A stretch of DNA of 62,265 bases, counting the filler, from Trichosphaerium sp. ATCC 40318 (taxonomy: Eukaryota > Protista > Tubulinea): the NCBI GenBank assembly GCA_038496445.1. It is 3 parts of 3 records of this genome, joined end to end, with 100 filler letters (N's around TTAATTAATTAA, not from the genome) between each part and the next. Parts side by side here need not be neighbours in the genome. Positions count along the whole stretch, not along the records: positions 20,755 to 50,755 come from JALMLS010000245.1; 2 more parts are not named here. One strand, given 5' to 3'. Below are positions 29,281-40,313 of the stretch, piece after piece; within the stretch, counting starts at the first letter, position 1, and every line of letters starts with the position of its first letter. The position numbers were made by a program, and so were the translations under genes. Below the pieces are notes generated by a model. That model had not been told where the DNA came from, did not search any database, and saw nothing but the letters and a program-made list of their open reading frames with translations.

Positions 29281-30405
29281 ATGGCTCGATACTCTAAAGA
29301 GGTATATGAACCCTTTTGATTCTTTTCGTTGAGCTTTGCTTTGATCAACGCTATACTGCCAAGACTACCATCATACCAATAGCATGCAAAATAGCGCTAA
29401 CAGAGCAAAGCATGAAACGAGTAATTTGATATATTGCATTGTTGTCTGTTAGCGGTGTTGTATGTTCTTCGTAGTCTTTGGCTATGCACTTTTAAAAAAA
29501 CTTCTTATTCTACAAAACTCTCCTGTTGTACAAAAAGCCTTTCTACCAAAGAAAATCACTCAATCTACTTCTTGCACGCTGACCAATTCGCAATCTACGT
29601 GTTTCTAAAACTCGCTTGTTTTGTATTCTCTAGTATCGTGTGTTCTGACCCAGACATTAATTAGATTAGCTCATTAATACCTGCAAATAACGCATTACTA
29701 CTACTCCCAATGGAGATTCAAATAGCAATAATCTACAGAGACTTCGAGGTTTACCTGAAATGGCCTGTCTTATCAAAGTACACGGCACTAACAACAAGGT
29801 TTGACGGCAACATCGAGAAAAACGGCAAATGGTTACAACGGAAGGTATTCTACGAAAACAATACACTCACAGCAATGATTGTATGTCAAGAGTTTTGGAT
29901 GCGCGGTCAACTACACGGTGAGTTTAAGTTATGGCATGACAACGGTGTCTTAAGGAACCTCTGTTATTTTGTCCACAATAAAAATGAAGGAGTCTACCAG
30001 GAGTGGTATGAGAGCGGCGAATTGTATTCTCAGTATAATTACCGAGATGGTAAGAGAGAAGGTGAGTACACTGAGTGGCATGAGAACGGTCAGTTGATGG
30101 AACTGTCGTATTTCCATCTAGACGGTCGATGCGGGCAGAAAAAGAGGTGGTATGAGGACGGACAGTTAATGGAGCTGTCTTATTTTGTAAATGGTGCTCA
30201 AGTGGGTCTGAAGACTCAGTGGCATCGTAATGGTATCTTGTATGAAAAAACCACTTATGAGAATGGTGTAAGAGAAGGAGAGCATAAGCTTTGGCATGTT
30301 AATGGTCAATTATGGGAAAAGGTTTTTTACGTAAATGGTAAGCCAAAGGGAGAATACAAGAGATGGTATTTTGATGGTGAACTGGAGAAGGCCACAATCG
30401 TGTAA
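29281..30405 (+). CDS. F-box-like + MORN2 repeat protein
   Basis: Probable short first exon MARYSKE (29281) spliced in phase to ISSLIPANNALLLLPMEIQIAII; repeats GEYxEWHENGQL..Y.NG. Confidence 0.8.
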
Positions 30406-30569
30406 TAAATACGTTGTACCACGTTAAATAAACAATTGTTATGAGTAGCCAAGTTCTTACCAAAGGAGTTCTACTTAGCTAAAAAAATTCAAAAATGTTT
30501 TTTTCGGGTTTGGCTCATGACGGTTTTATGAAATGCCTATACCTTATTATTTATTTTACACCTTATTTT

Positions 30570-32449
30570 TTAATCAAGCGGACAATCATTAGTTAAAATT
30601 TCACCATCATCATTCCCAGCACTTTGATCTTCAGCAGTGATGCTAAATATTTCTTCAAAGTGTTCAATCATCACTTTAATAACAGTTGCCAATTTTGGCG
30701 CATTTCGTAGAAGTTGCATGAGGTAAGCGTTTTCATCTTGGTCAGGGGTTGCAGGAGGAGCCTTTAGAACATTTTGAACCTTTAAAATAAAATAAGAAAA
30801 AAACGAGAAAAAAAACCGTTTTAGCTTATACTTACCCATACTACTGAAAGGTTATGGGCATCCATCTTATTTACTTTACTCTGTTTATGAATTTCATATA
30901 ATACGTCCATTAATTGTAAAAGCACGTGCTATAAAAAGTAAGCACCTAAAATCGAAGTAAAACCCAAACAAAATACTTACTCGATTGACAGCCTCCAAGT
31001 TTTTAACAAACGGTTTCAGGAGCATCACTATTTCGTTTTCTGGTTTCTTCTGTTCTGCCATTCGTAGTAGATCATAGTAAGAAGATGATGGAATAACAGA
31101 ATCAGGAAGCTCAGCAAAATAAAGCTACACAATAAATAAGAATGCGCATAGCAAAAGAAAACAAAAAAATAAACATACTTTGTACAGACAAGCAACCGTG
31201 TTCATATTAAACTGATCAAGTTTTAGTGTCTCTCCTGAATCTAAAAAGACTTGTTAATGAAGGATACGATAAGCCATTTACCGTACCAACTTGATCGCGC
31301 AACTTTAAAAGCGTTTTCTTGCTCGCAGCCAACCTGAAAATACCAACCGACTGTAAACCGTTTTCTCTAATATGTTTATAACAAGCAAATGCAATGTGTA
31401 TTTTTCCTTGATCGTCTGCTTTCTGAACAGAACTAGAAAGTGGTTGTCCGAAATGGGCTATTTTATCTAGGACATTGTGTTAATCGTTTATCAAACAAAC
31501 ACAAAGTAATACTACCTTCTTGTGGTGGTTCTCTAGCAATCATCAAAGCGTTGTGTATAGTATGCGGTGTATTTGCAATGCCTTCAGATGTTTTTGCGAC
31601 AAGATCAACTACACCGACAACAGGCTTTGTTACAACACTAAAACAACAATATCAGGACATCTGGTTTTCTGAAATATTCGAAATAAAAGTGCGTTGTTGG
31701 TCACTTAAAACATATGCATTGATAACGAATGTATCTAAACTCCCAACAATAGAAACTAGGTTCGTAGTCACTAGAATTACCTTCCTTAGGCGCTGATTTT
31801 TTACGAAGGCATAGAAATTCCACAACACGAATTCTGGTATTTTTTTTCTGTTCGTTCAAAAAAGAAAAAAAAAGGGTGGCTACTATGACCACGTGAGCTT
31901 ACCCTGTTAAACCAACTGCAACTCCCTTTAAAAATCCTACACCACCACTATGTTTTGCTCCTTTTACAGGCTCAACCTAACAAAGAGAAAACACTTCAGC
32001 CACGTGTATTATAAATAAATGTTTTTCTATGAGATTTGTGTACCACAATACCAGTAACGCCTTTAACTAAATTGTGACCAAGAGACAGCAATCCTTTTCC
32101 TACAGAATTATATATGGTTAACGACAGTCTGTTCCCAAGAATTGTCTAAGGGAGGATAAGGGTACCTAATCCGTCTGCTGCAGTCTTTGGTTTCTCGTTT
32201 ACGATGTCGTCAATGACACTGTCCTCTGATATTTTCTCTCCGTACATCATACGCTCAGTAAAGCCAGAAAAACTAATCGTTTTGGTTATAAATTCCAAAT
32301 TCTTTTTTTTTTTCTCCAAAAGATATCGTTACGTACGATTTAGACGCAGTATCTATATGAGTAAACATTTGAAACCTCTTATCTTTAACATCTGACGCTG
32401 AAGAACCTCTTTTGAGCTTCTTTGGATCAGCAACACGGGAATTTGACAT
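30570..32449 (-). CDS. RhoGAP with N-terminal VPS13/ATG2 ATG_C-like segment, multi-exon
   Basis: Spliced GLGKGLLSLGHNLVKGVTGIVVEPVKGAKHSGGVGFLKGVAVGLTGVVTKPVVGVVDL; GAP motifs GLQSVGIFRLAA (arginine finger), LYKLYFAELPDSV and NKMDAHNLSVVW. Confidence 0.88.
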
Positions 32450-32578
32450 TTAAGATGTTTGTATGGTTATTTTGATAATGCGAGGATTGTTGAGGAGAAT
32501 GGTGACTGAACTTGTCGTTTTAAGTTTTGTGTAATAACAAGTACACTACAGCTGCGCACTATCGTTTAGACAAGAAAT

Positions 32579-33475
32579 ATGGCTCATTTGATGGATTTTA
32601 AAATACAGAACGCTTTGCGTAAGGTCGTGTATGAGATTTTTATTCTAAATGATTTATAAGGTGTACAACGCATAGCGTCAGACGCTAAGAATGCGCAAAA
32701 TAGCGTTCAAAAAGGAACTGGTGAGTTAGGAATTTTGTTTTATTGCATGGGTTTCCGAATTCGGTTATGTTAACGCACTACGCTAGGTGGTCCTCTTGCC
32801 GGTTTGACAGCTGCAGATCGAGCCAAGTTAAACAACGCTCTCAGTAATCGCGCTGGGAATGGCCAAACTGGTAACACACACTCACCTAGCGGCGCCAGAG
32901 GTGGTTACCAACCAGAAGCACAAGGAAATGTACGTATTTACTTGCGGCGCTAGCATACGTCCAAAACGCAAACAACGCCACAAAAGCGCTAATTGCAGCG
33001 TGAAAGCTCAATACTACCAATTAATTTTATTCTTCGCCGTTTTTGGATACTGACGCATCTTGCTAGCTCATGCATTACATCAAAGGACCTCAAAAAGTAC
33101 AGTATTTCTCTTTCACTGCTCACAAACCTCAAGAAACTAACAAAAACACCCAGATGGCATTAGGCCAAACAGCTCGTTTCACAATTGAAACAAAGGATTC
33201 CATGTATAAACCAGTTTCATTTCAACCGTTCCGTGTTAATGCTAGTATCACTGGCGGCCCAGGTACGATATACAACTAAGCTCTTCCTTTTTCATTTTGT
33301 TCAAAGCTCAGTTTTTTTGTTTGTAGAAACCTTGTCTACTGTCGTTACAGGAGAGGGTAGTGATGTTATTATTTCTTGTAACATATCTGTTACTGGATCT
33401 TATGAGCTAGTTGTATATATTGATGATATGGACTACTTCCATCATGCCTTTAATGTCATAGATGACAACTTGTAA
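32579..33475 (+). CDS. Small protein with a filamin-type Ig repeat, multi-exon
   Basis: Spliced GPQKMALGQTARFTIETKD..VNASITGGP..ISCNISVTGSYELVVYID. Confidence 0.65.
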
Positions 33476-33673
33476 TGAATGCAGTTAAATGTCTCATTAG
33501 TTTTTGTAAAATATTGTGTAGGTGTAAAGCAAATAAAAACCAAGTATGTCCATAGTAGGGAATGATAGCTAGTAAAAAAGAAATGACCAAGGTGTCACTT
33601 TTTGGTCATTAAAGCAGTAGAAGGTGAAATGAGCTTGCTGAATTGTTGAGTGTCAATTCCAAAAATGAGTGTG

Positions 33674-33719
33674 GATACATCAACTGCATAGTTGAGAGCC
33701 GTGCGCTCAACCAACTGAG
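33674..33719 (-). pseudogene. Second degenerate tRNA-Lys fragment
   Basis: Ungapped 36/46 match to the tRNA at 40258-40303; several changes are CpG to TpG/CpA. Confidence 0.65.
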
Positions 33720-33793
33720 ATGAAGCAAATAAATATTTATTTATTAAACAAGTATTTATTAAATTTATTTTGCATACTCAGTTAACTGAGTTG

Positions 33794-33799
33794 AAAAAA
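33794..33799 (-). terminator. Pol III terminator (T6) of the interrupted tRNA-Lys gene
   Basis: TTTTTT on the minus strand immediately after discriminator base G73 (33800). Confidence 0.8.
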
Positions 33800-33812
33800 C
33801 TCCCGACGAGGG
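33800..33812 (-). tRNA. Displaced 3' end (positions 61-73) of tRNA-Lys(CTT)
   Basis: Minus strand reads CCCTCGTCGGGAG; GTCGGGA pairs with the 5' acceptor strand TCCCGGC at 40313-40307. Confidence 0.88.
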
Positions 33813-34716
33813 GAGTGTGATCTTAAACGTTCCATTGAGAGCAACCAGCTCAAACAAGACCAGTCATTTTGGGTGTTTTTCAGCTCAGTTGGGTCGTTTT
33901 AAAGGGGACAATGAGTTGTACAAAAATTGTTTCAAATTGTACATTCCACGCACCGAATTGTAACCAAATTTCTACCAAAATACCGCGATTGACGAAACGG
34001 TGCGCAAAACCAATACGTGCATGGCGAAGACAAACAAAGGTACGTGAATAGCGTTTGTTAAGTGTTACCAATTTGGTTTCAAAGTTAGCCGTTATTGGTT
34101 AATAACCAGTATTAGAGTATAAAACCGCGATACCATGCGTAGAGGAAGCGTTTAGCGACTACAATAATTAATTGTAGTTTTTTTTGTACTAAATCGAACG
34201 CATGTCACTCAAAACAAGCTTGCGCAGGTTAGTGCACGTTACAGACGCGCCACCGGTATGTGATTGGCACTAAATTTAACTAATAACGTTATTAGAGCCA
34301 AAATACAAAAAAAGGAGAAAAATCCTGCCGCTTGACCAAAATTGTAGCGTGCACGGTTTAGACGCGTATGCCGGAGTATGAAGGTTTTTTTTTTCTCAAA
34401 AAAAGCGAGTTTTTGCTTTTGCTCTAATTTGTAAATAGGTGTATATGGCCTACATATACCACGTAAACGCCAGTGGAGTACAAATTGGAAAAGTGGCAAA
34501 AAAAAAAAGAGGCGATTTGCCTCTTTTTGAAAATACAAAAAAAACCCGCGTAGTTTTTTACCTTTTCATCACAGGTGTAAGCCACGTCACTTCTAATACG
34601 AAAAAGTGACTGCATAATCAATAGAAGGAATATTTAGAGGTATGTTTATGTTGTAGAAAAAAAAAAACAAAATAAAAGCAATGTTAAAACTAACGTTCTA
34701 CTTTATTGGACACAAA

Positions 34717-37700
34717 TCACTGATTCTTGCAAGTCGTCTGCCACAACCCTATCATTGTGTGCGCGTGCCCACGCTTCATGCCACAACTTACCATGGCGTC
34801 CACACTTGTAAACTCCATGTACTCATACCCTTGCTCATGTAGAGTCTTTGCAACTTCTTCATCATAAAATGGGAATTTCAAGTAAAACGGGTGTACTGGC
34901 GTCATGCCTGAAAGTGACTCATGATGATTAGGAAACGGATTGATATCAAGCTCATCCGCTTCCATTGGTGTAGCTACTAGTGTTAAACAGGGTAAGGGAG
35001 TACAAAGTGTTACTTACGCATAACAAAGGTTGCTGGATCAATGCGATCAGGATCAATACTATCATCGCTAAGTTCATCAGATGAAATCTCATGTAGCTGT
35101 TCATCCAGCTGTTCAGAGATGCCATCAAATTCTGCAGTGTCAGCTCCCTCGTTAAGAAACTCCACTAGGTACAGTTAGGGTACATAGCAACTATGTAGGT
35201 GCAGAGGATTAATGCTCATACGTGGGTTGACATCTGGAAGCATTGCATCTTCTAATTCCACATTTTCGATTTGCCCTGCTTGCATCCGTTCTATGTCACT
35301 TGCAGACGGCTTAGGACAATATTCACCAGCGTCAAGACCATATACTGTTCGTCTCAATATGCCTTGTCGTAACCAAAGAAGCTTGGAGATGTACAGCTTT
35401 GCATTCTCTCTTTGATTATTCACTGCTATTCTCACACGATCATAATCTTTCTTGTCTTTATCTGTGGCCCCGGCTGCCATTTTTTTAATGAGCGCTCTCT
35501 CACGGAGGATTGGTTTGTATTTACTGTAGGTACAGAGCAGTGTTTCAAGGACCTCTTCAGGTATGTTCCTCTTCTTGAGTCTACAGTATAATTAGATGCT
35601 GAACTAATATAACAGAACAGGAAAAGCAACGTACTTTCTTAGAAAGTATACTCTTGAGCCATTCTTTGCACTGTACTTCTCTTTTGTTCGTATTTTGCGA
35701 TACATGGCCTTAGTTACCTTCAAGCAGAGGACACGGTCCATGTTGACAATGTCTACATCATAGGAGGTGTCGTCAAGCGTTACATGTGGCTTCAAAACGC
35801 GTAGCATCTCATCGTAATCAAACATTGGAGGAAGCTCAACGATATCCTCTGTCTGCATCCTGTTGTCATCCTTCCAGTACTCCATCATCTCTTCAACGTC
35901 GTCTGTGTCTACAGGAATAGGGTTGAGGTCTACGGCAGTGCCTATTTGCCCATTCAAGCACAAGGAACGTAAGAGCAACAAACGACCGACAATAATCTTG
36001 GCTTCCCTCTGTCCTTGAGCTGCTTTACGTTTAGCACAGATGATGTCACCTTTGGGAGCATTGCGGCTAATGAGGAGCTCTACTCCTTCAACAGACTGGT
36101 TGTACTTTGAGCAATATTGTCTTAAAAGCTTCTCTTTGTCATCTTGGATTAATACCTTGGCGTTGAAGCTGCAGATAACATTAATACAGGCAAGTACGTG
36201 CTTAGTGTGACTTACTATCTTTCAAAGTATAATTTCTTGTTCTTCATAATCCCGAGTTCCGTCTTCAACCCTTTAGGAATCCTCAACTCAAGAAACCTAT
36301 CCAATGAATATGTTCCATCAAATGAGCGTGTCTTGGATATTATCTCAACAGATATAACTCTTCCAATAGCTGCCATAAGCAACCTTTTGTGGACTCGCAT
36401 CTTTTCCTTTAAACTTGCAACTCCTTTTTTCTTTTTTGGATTGTTCCTGTGTTTTGTTATCTGCCGTTGCATTTTGAGAAGTGTAGAGTTGTTGTTGAGC
36501 GTTGTTTTTTCGTCATCAGTTGAGTACAAGTGGTATCTAGAGTGAGCGTCAATGGTTGTTTAAAAATGAACTCAAAAACTCACTGTTGGATGTAGAATCT
36601 TTTTACGACAACATCTCCATGGCTTTTGGTCTTGTAGTGAAGTGAACCATCTATAGAGGTGTAAGTAAAGACATAAAGGAATACAGGTAACGTACGGTTA
36701 GCCAACAGTTTGTTGTATGACGGAGACATGCTGAGGATCTGCGATCGCATCACGGGACTGAGAGTAGCAGTTGTCATTTTAGTAGCACCATCTTTAGGTA
36801 CATGTGGCATGTACCACGACCAAGCCATCTCTCTCGCTGTATAACGGCGTGGTTGCTTCTCTGCAAATAATGAGGTTGTATTCATGATTACCTCATGAAA
36901 GTGAGCATAGTAGACGTCCATCACCTGGTGAATTAAAGTCAGATAAACCAAAAAAAAAAAATACAAAATATTTTGGTTGTTTTTTTCTTTAAGTGTACCT
37001 TCCCGTCCTTTGACCACCCTGCTTGACGTGCTAGCATGTCTCTGTCAATAGGACGATTTTCATCTGCACAACGGATAATATGGTTCAAGATTAAACCACG
37101 TCTTGCTCCTTTGGAAGTTATTTGTCCCTTTTTGAAGCCGGCCTTAATTCCAGCAACTGTTACATCACGTTTTAGAGTCTGTGTTGTAATTGGAACCTTG
37201 GGCTCCCATTCATTTCTGTGACTGTTGATTTTGCAAAAGAATGGCTCTTCTAGCATTGCTTCTTTGATCTTGTAAGGTCTTCCTACTTCCCGGCTCTTTT
37301 CAATGGCATTGCAACTGGCAAGGTACTGCATTATAGCAATGACAGGGCAAAAAGATTTGTCAACGTGATTGCGATTGAAGGTCTTGTATTGGTTACACTG
37401 TGATGGAACCTTATCCCATGTAAAAAACACTTCAATAGCCATCTGAACAAAAACAAAGTTAATACAAGAAACAAAAGAGTTGTATTGTAAACGGTACGTA
37501 CATCATCATCACTACAACCAGCTATAAAGTTTATGTGTCTCAACAAAAGCACTGGGGCATCTTTCTTTGTTTGTGGACAATAAGAACCCACCCTCTTGCC
37601 GACAATGGCCTGCATAATCATGTAGCAGCGGAACCTCAAGTGTTTGAGGGATTGGACATCATAAGAGTTTGCTAGGATGTGCTTGTTCATGTCAGTTGTT

Positions 37701-39276
37701 ATGGGAAGTTTGTTTATCTTCTCCACATATCTCGGAAACATTTTATTCCACTCTTTTGTGTACCAAGTCTCTAGCTTATTCACTAACATAGAAATAAGCA
37801 ACAAAACACAAACGAAAAATGTAAAGCAAAAGCAAAGAGCTTACACCCAGTCGAGAAAGCCTTGTTCATGAGAGGAGATTCTCCAGAGTCTGAATTATCT
37901 CTTTGCCATCTACAAAGTGCTTTGGCATAGTACTGAACGGTTTTTGGTGTCAGAGGGCGTTTATCATATGTTCTGCTGCAATCTTTCAGGATAATTTTAA
38001 ACCACATGTTCAAGTTTGGTATAGTGAGAGGCATAGCTTGCTGTAACTCTTCATTTGGAGCTTCGGCTACCAGTTTTTCATTGTAAGCCTTGATGAACGC
38101 TTTCCAACGCTTGTAGACAAAGATTGTGCCCTTACAGGTGCTGGGAGCATAGACGACATCATTGGGAATCTCTGACATCATAGCACTAACAACACAGTTA
38201 ACTTAGAGCAAAGGAAAATGGTGGTAACAAACTTACAGTTCTTCGACAGTGTGTTGGCTGAGTAAATCTTCATATGAAATGTTTTGGGATTGCGCATTGG
38301 TTGTGTCTGCTTGTTGTGGTACTTTGGATACAGGAAACATCTTTTTGCGGTACTGGATGAGAGTTAGTACTTGACAATCAAAAAAAAAGGCCAGTACATA
38401 CCTCTTGAATCGCTGTTATCTGTTCTAGTACCAAAAATCCAATGTCGCCAGCGTCTGGATGTTCTGAGGCAAGGTTTTCATAACCTCTATGCAGACACAA
38501 CCATAACGAAAGCTTTCGCATGGTATCTTCTTGTGTAACAGGACTTCGTTCATAGGCATGGCGTACAATCTCTAAGTTGGGAAAGGATATGATCTTGCTC
38601 CAATCCAAAGTCTTTGGGAAAAAACAATCATCCTTAGGGCCAACCAAGAATGTATCAATTGAAACTGGGTTGTCGACAATCTACATAAGTTAAAACAAAT
38701 CAGTAAAGTGCTACAAAGTGGGATAAAAGCATACCAAGGGCGTCACCTGACTTGCAATAGGAATAGTTGGCGACTGCACCTGCTCTGATATAAAGGCAGC
38801 TCTTGCTTTGAGTGACAGAGAGAGAGGACCAGCTATTTCAGGGCTTTGTGACCTTATACGTTTTGATCTCCTTGGATTTGATTTGCTAACATGTTCTTTC
38901 CTATGAGATCTACCACGCTTTCGCTTCATCCTGCTAGGAATTAGAGTAAGTCAACAATTCCAAGATACTTTTACAAAGGCCTTGTACCACAAGTATGACA
39001 ACTGATCAATGTGAGGACTGCATGCACGCTGGAGAGCCTTTTTGGTAGAATGAGAAAACACACGACAAATAATTAACAATCACATTTTTATTGCAGATTA
39101 CTTTTACATTGAAGAGTGCCAACAATTATGCCTAAAACCATTAGGACACAAATGAAAAGATAAAAGGTTAAGGGTTTGTGTTTTGGGGTTGGGTGACAAT
39201 CACGCTTACAAAAAATATGTACTCTTGTAGTTTCTTCTTTGACTTTATTAATAGCTTCGGAATCAATCAACTTCAT
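34717..39276 (-). CDS. Large multi-exon tyrosine recombinase (5' exons uncertain)
   Basis: Core-binding-like APSTCKG..YKRWKAF..PKTVQYYAKAL; catalytic motifs LRFRCYMIMQAIVGKRVGS (R), FTWDK (K), FCPV, EPFF, ITSKGARRG (x-x-x-R), RQAGW (W), VMDVYY (Y); long C-terminal extension. Confidence 0.85.
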
Positions 39277-39939
39277 CGCAAAAGCCCTACAACAACACTA
39301 TCTCAATATCTTAAAAGTCACAATCATGTGATTATAATTTATCAAACGTGATTTTGTACTTCCGTGGTTTCTGGCAACAAAACTGATGAGATTGTAGTGT
39401 ACGTACGTTTAGGTAACTTGCTGTATTGCACAAATAATTGTAACAACATAGCGTATAGTAAAAAGGTGTTAATTGTGGTTGCGGATGTATAAAACAACGC
39501 TAAAAGGTACGCAGAACAAAAATACCACGATTTGTAGTAACAACGTACCTTTTGTCGCATGTGACAGGAGAAATGCCGTTACGCACCTGAAATGACGCGG
39601 CTGTTGTTTGTACTTAAAACTGTTACATTCCGGCATAATGTAACAGTTTTCGCACGTATGTTACTTTACCAACAGCATACCACTGTTCCGTTACTTATTT
39701 ACTACCTGTAGAAAAAATGGTAAGAAATTGTAAACACGTAAGTTTGTGCACCTTTCCTTTCTCACGTGGGTGTGCTTGCAATAATGGTAGCTTGATTGCT
39801 ACCATATATGCTTACATTGTATTTGTACATTACAATGTAAGCGCACAACTCAGCATAATTGAGCTACAAAGTGCTAAAACCTGTAATTTTCCCATTTTGG
39901 GCCAATAAACGAGGAGCGGCCAGCTCAAATTTCCTTGCC

Positions 39940-40211
39940 AACTCAGTTATTTTTTACAACTCAGTTGTGCGCACAACTCAGTTGAAATTTTGTAACTCAG
40001 TTGGCACTAACTGAGCTACATGCGCAACTGAGCTTAAAATTTTAACTGAGTTAGTGACGTTAACTCAGCTGAAAATGTAAAACTCAGTTGATGTCGTAGC
40101 TCAGTTAACAACGTTTTCAGCTGAGTTTTGGACATCAACTCAGTTAAAACTTTAGCTCAGCTGTTGCCAACTGAGCTGAAAACCAACTGAGTTTTCCCCG
40201 ACAACTGAGTT
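39940..40211. repeat. Array of 16 quasi-palindromic ARCTSAGYT motifs at about 17.5-bp spacing
   Basis: Copies start at 39940, 39958, 39975, 39994, 40009, 40026, 40044, 40062, 40081, 40098, 40119, 40137, 40154, 40169, 40185 and 40203. Confidence 0.92.
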
Positions 40212-40246
40212 CAAAGTACTTTTGCTAACCAATATACCACTCACAA

Positions 40247-40313
40247 ACGAGGGTCTCGATCCCTCGACCGTACGGTTAAGAGCCGTACGCTCTACCAACT
40301 GAGCTAGCCGGGA
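40247..40313 (-). tRNA. tRNA-Lys: tRNA-Lys(CTT), positions 1-67, interrupted
   Basis: TCCCGGC TA GCTC AGTTGGTA GAGC G TACGG CTCTTAA CCGTA CGGTC GAGGG ATCGAGA CCCTC GT; D, anticodon and T arms pair perfectly, but the following TTGTG cannot complete the acceptor stem. Confidence 0.93.

Larger units (their letters stand above)
33806..40253 (-). mobile_element. Tyrosine-recombinase (Crypton-like) element inserted in tRNA-Lys(CTT)
   Basis: 7-bp direct repeat ACGAGGG at 33806-33812 and 40247-40253; the flanks join into an intact tRNA; encodes a tyrosine recombinase; no TIR, LTR or RT seen. Confidence 0.88.

Noticed and set aside
40195-40202. GTCGGGGA on the minus strand inside the element, which could act as a substitute 3' acceptor strand
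   Set aside because: Only 6-7 bp and 45 nt out of register; could easily be chance, and no processing route is evident.
39940-40211. Possible CRISPR-like repeat-spacer array
   Set aside because: The repeat is only 9 bp, occurs in mixed orientation with 6-12 bp gaps, and there are no cas genes; it fits protein-binding sites better.
33806-40253. DIRS/Ngaro retrotransposon or Polinton/virophage interpretation
   Set aside because: No reverse transcriptase, RNase H, capsid, packaging ATPase, polymerase or split/inverted terminal repeats detected.
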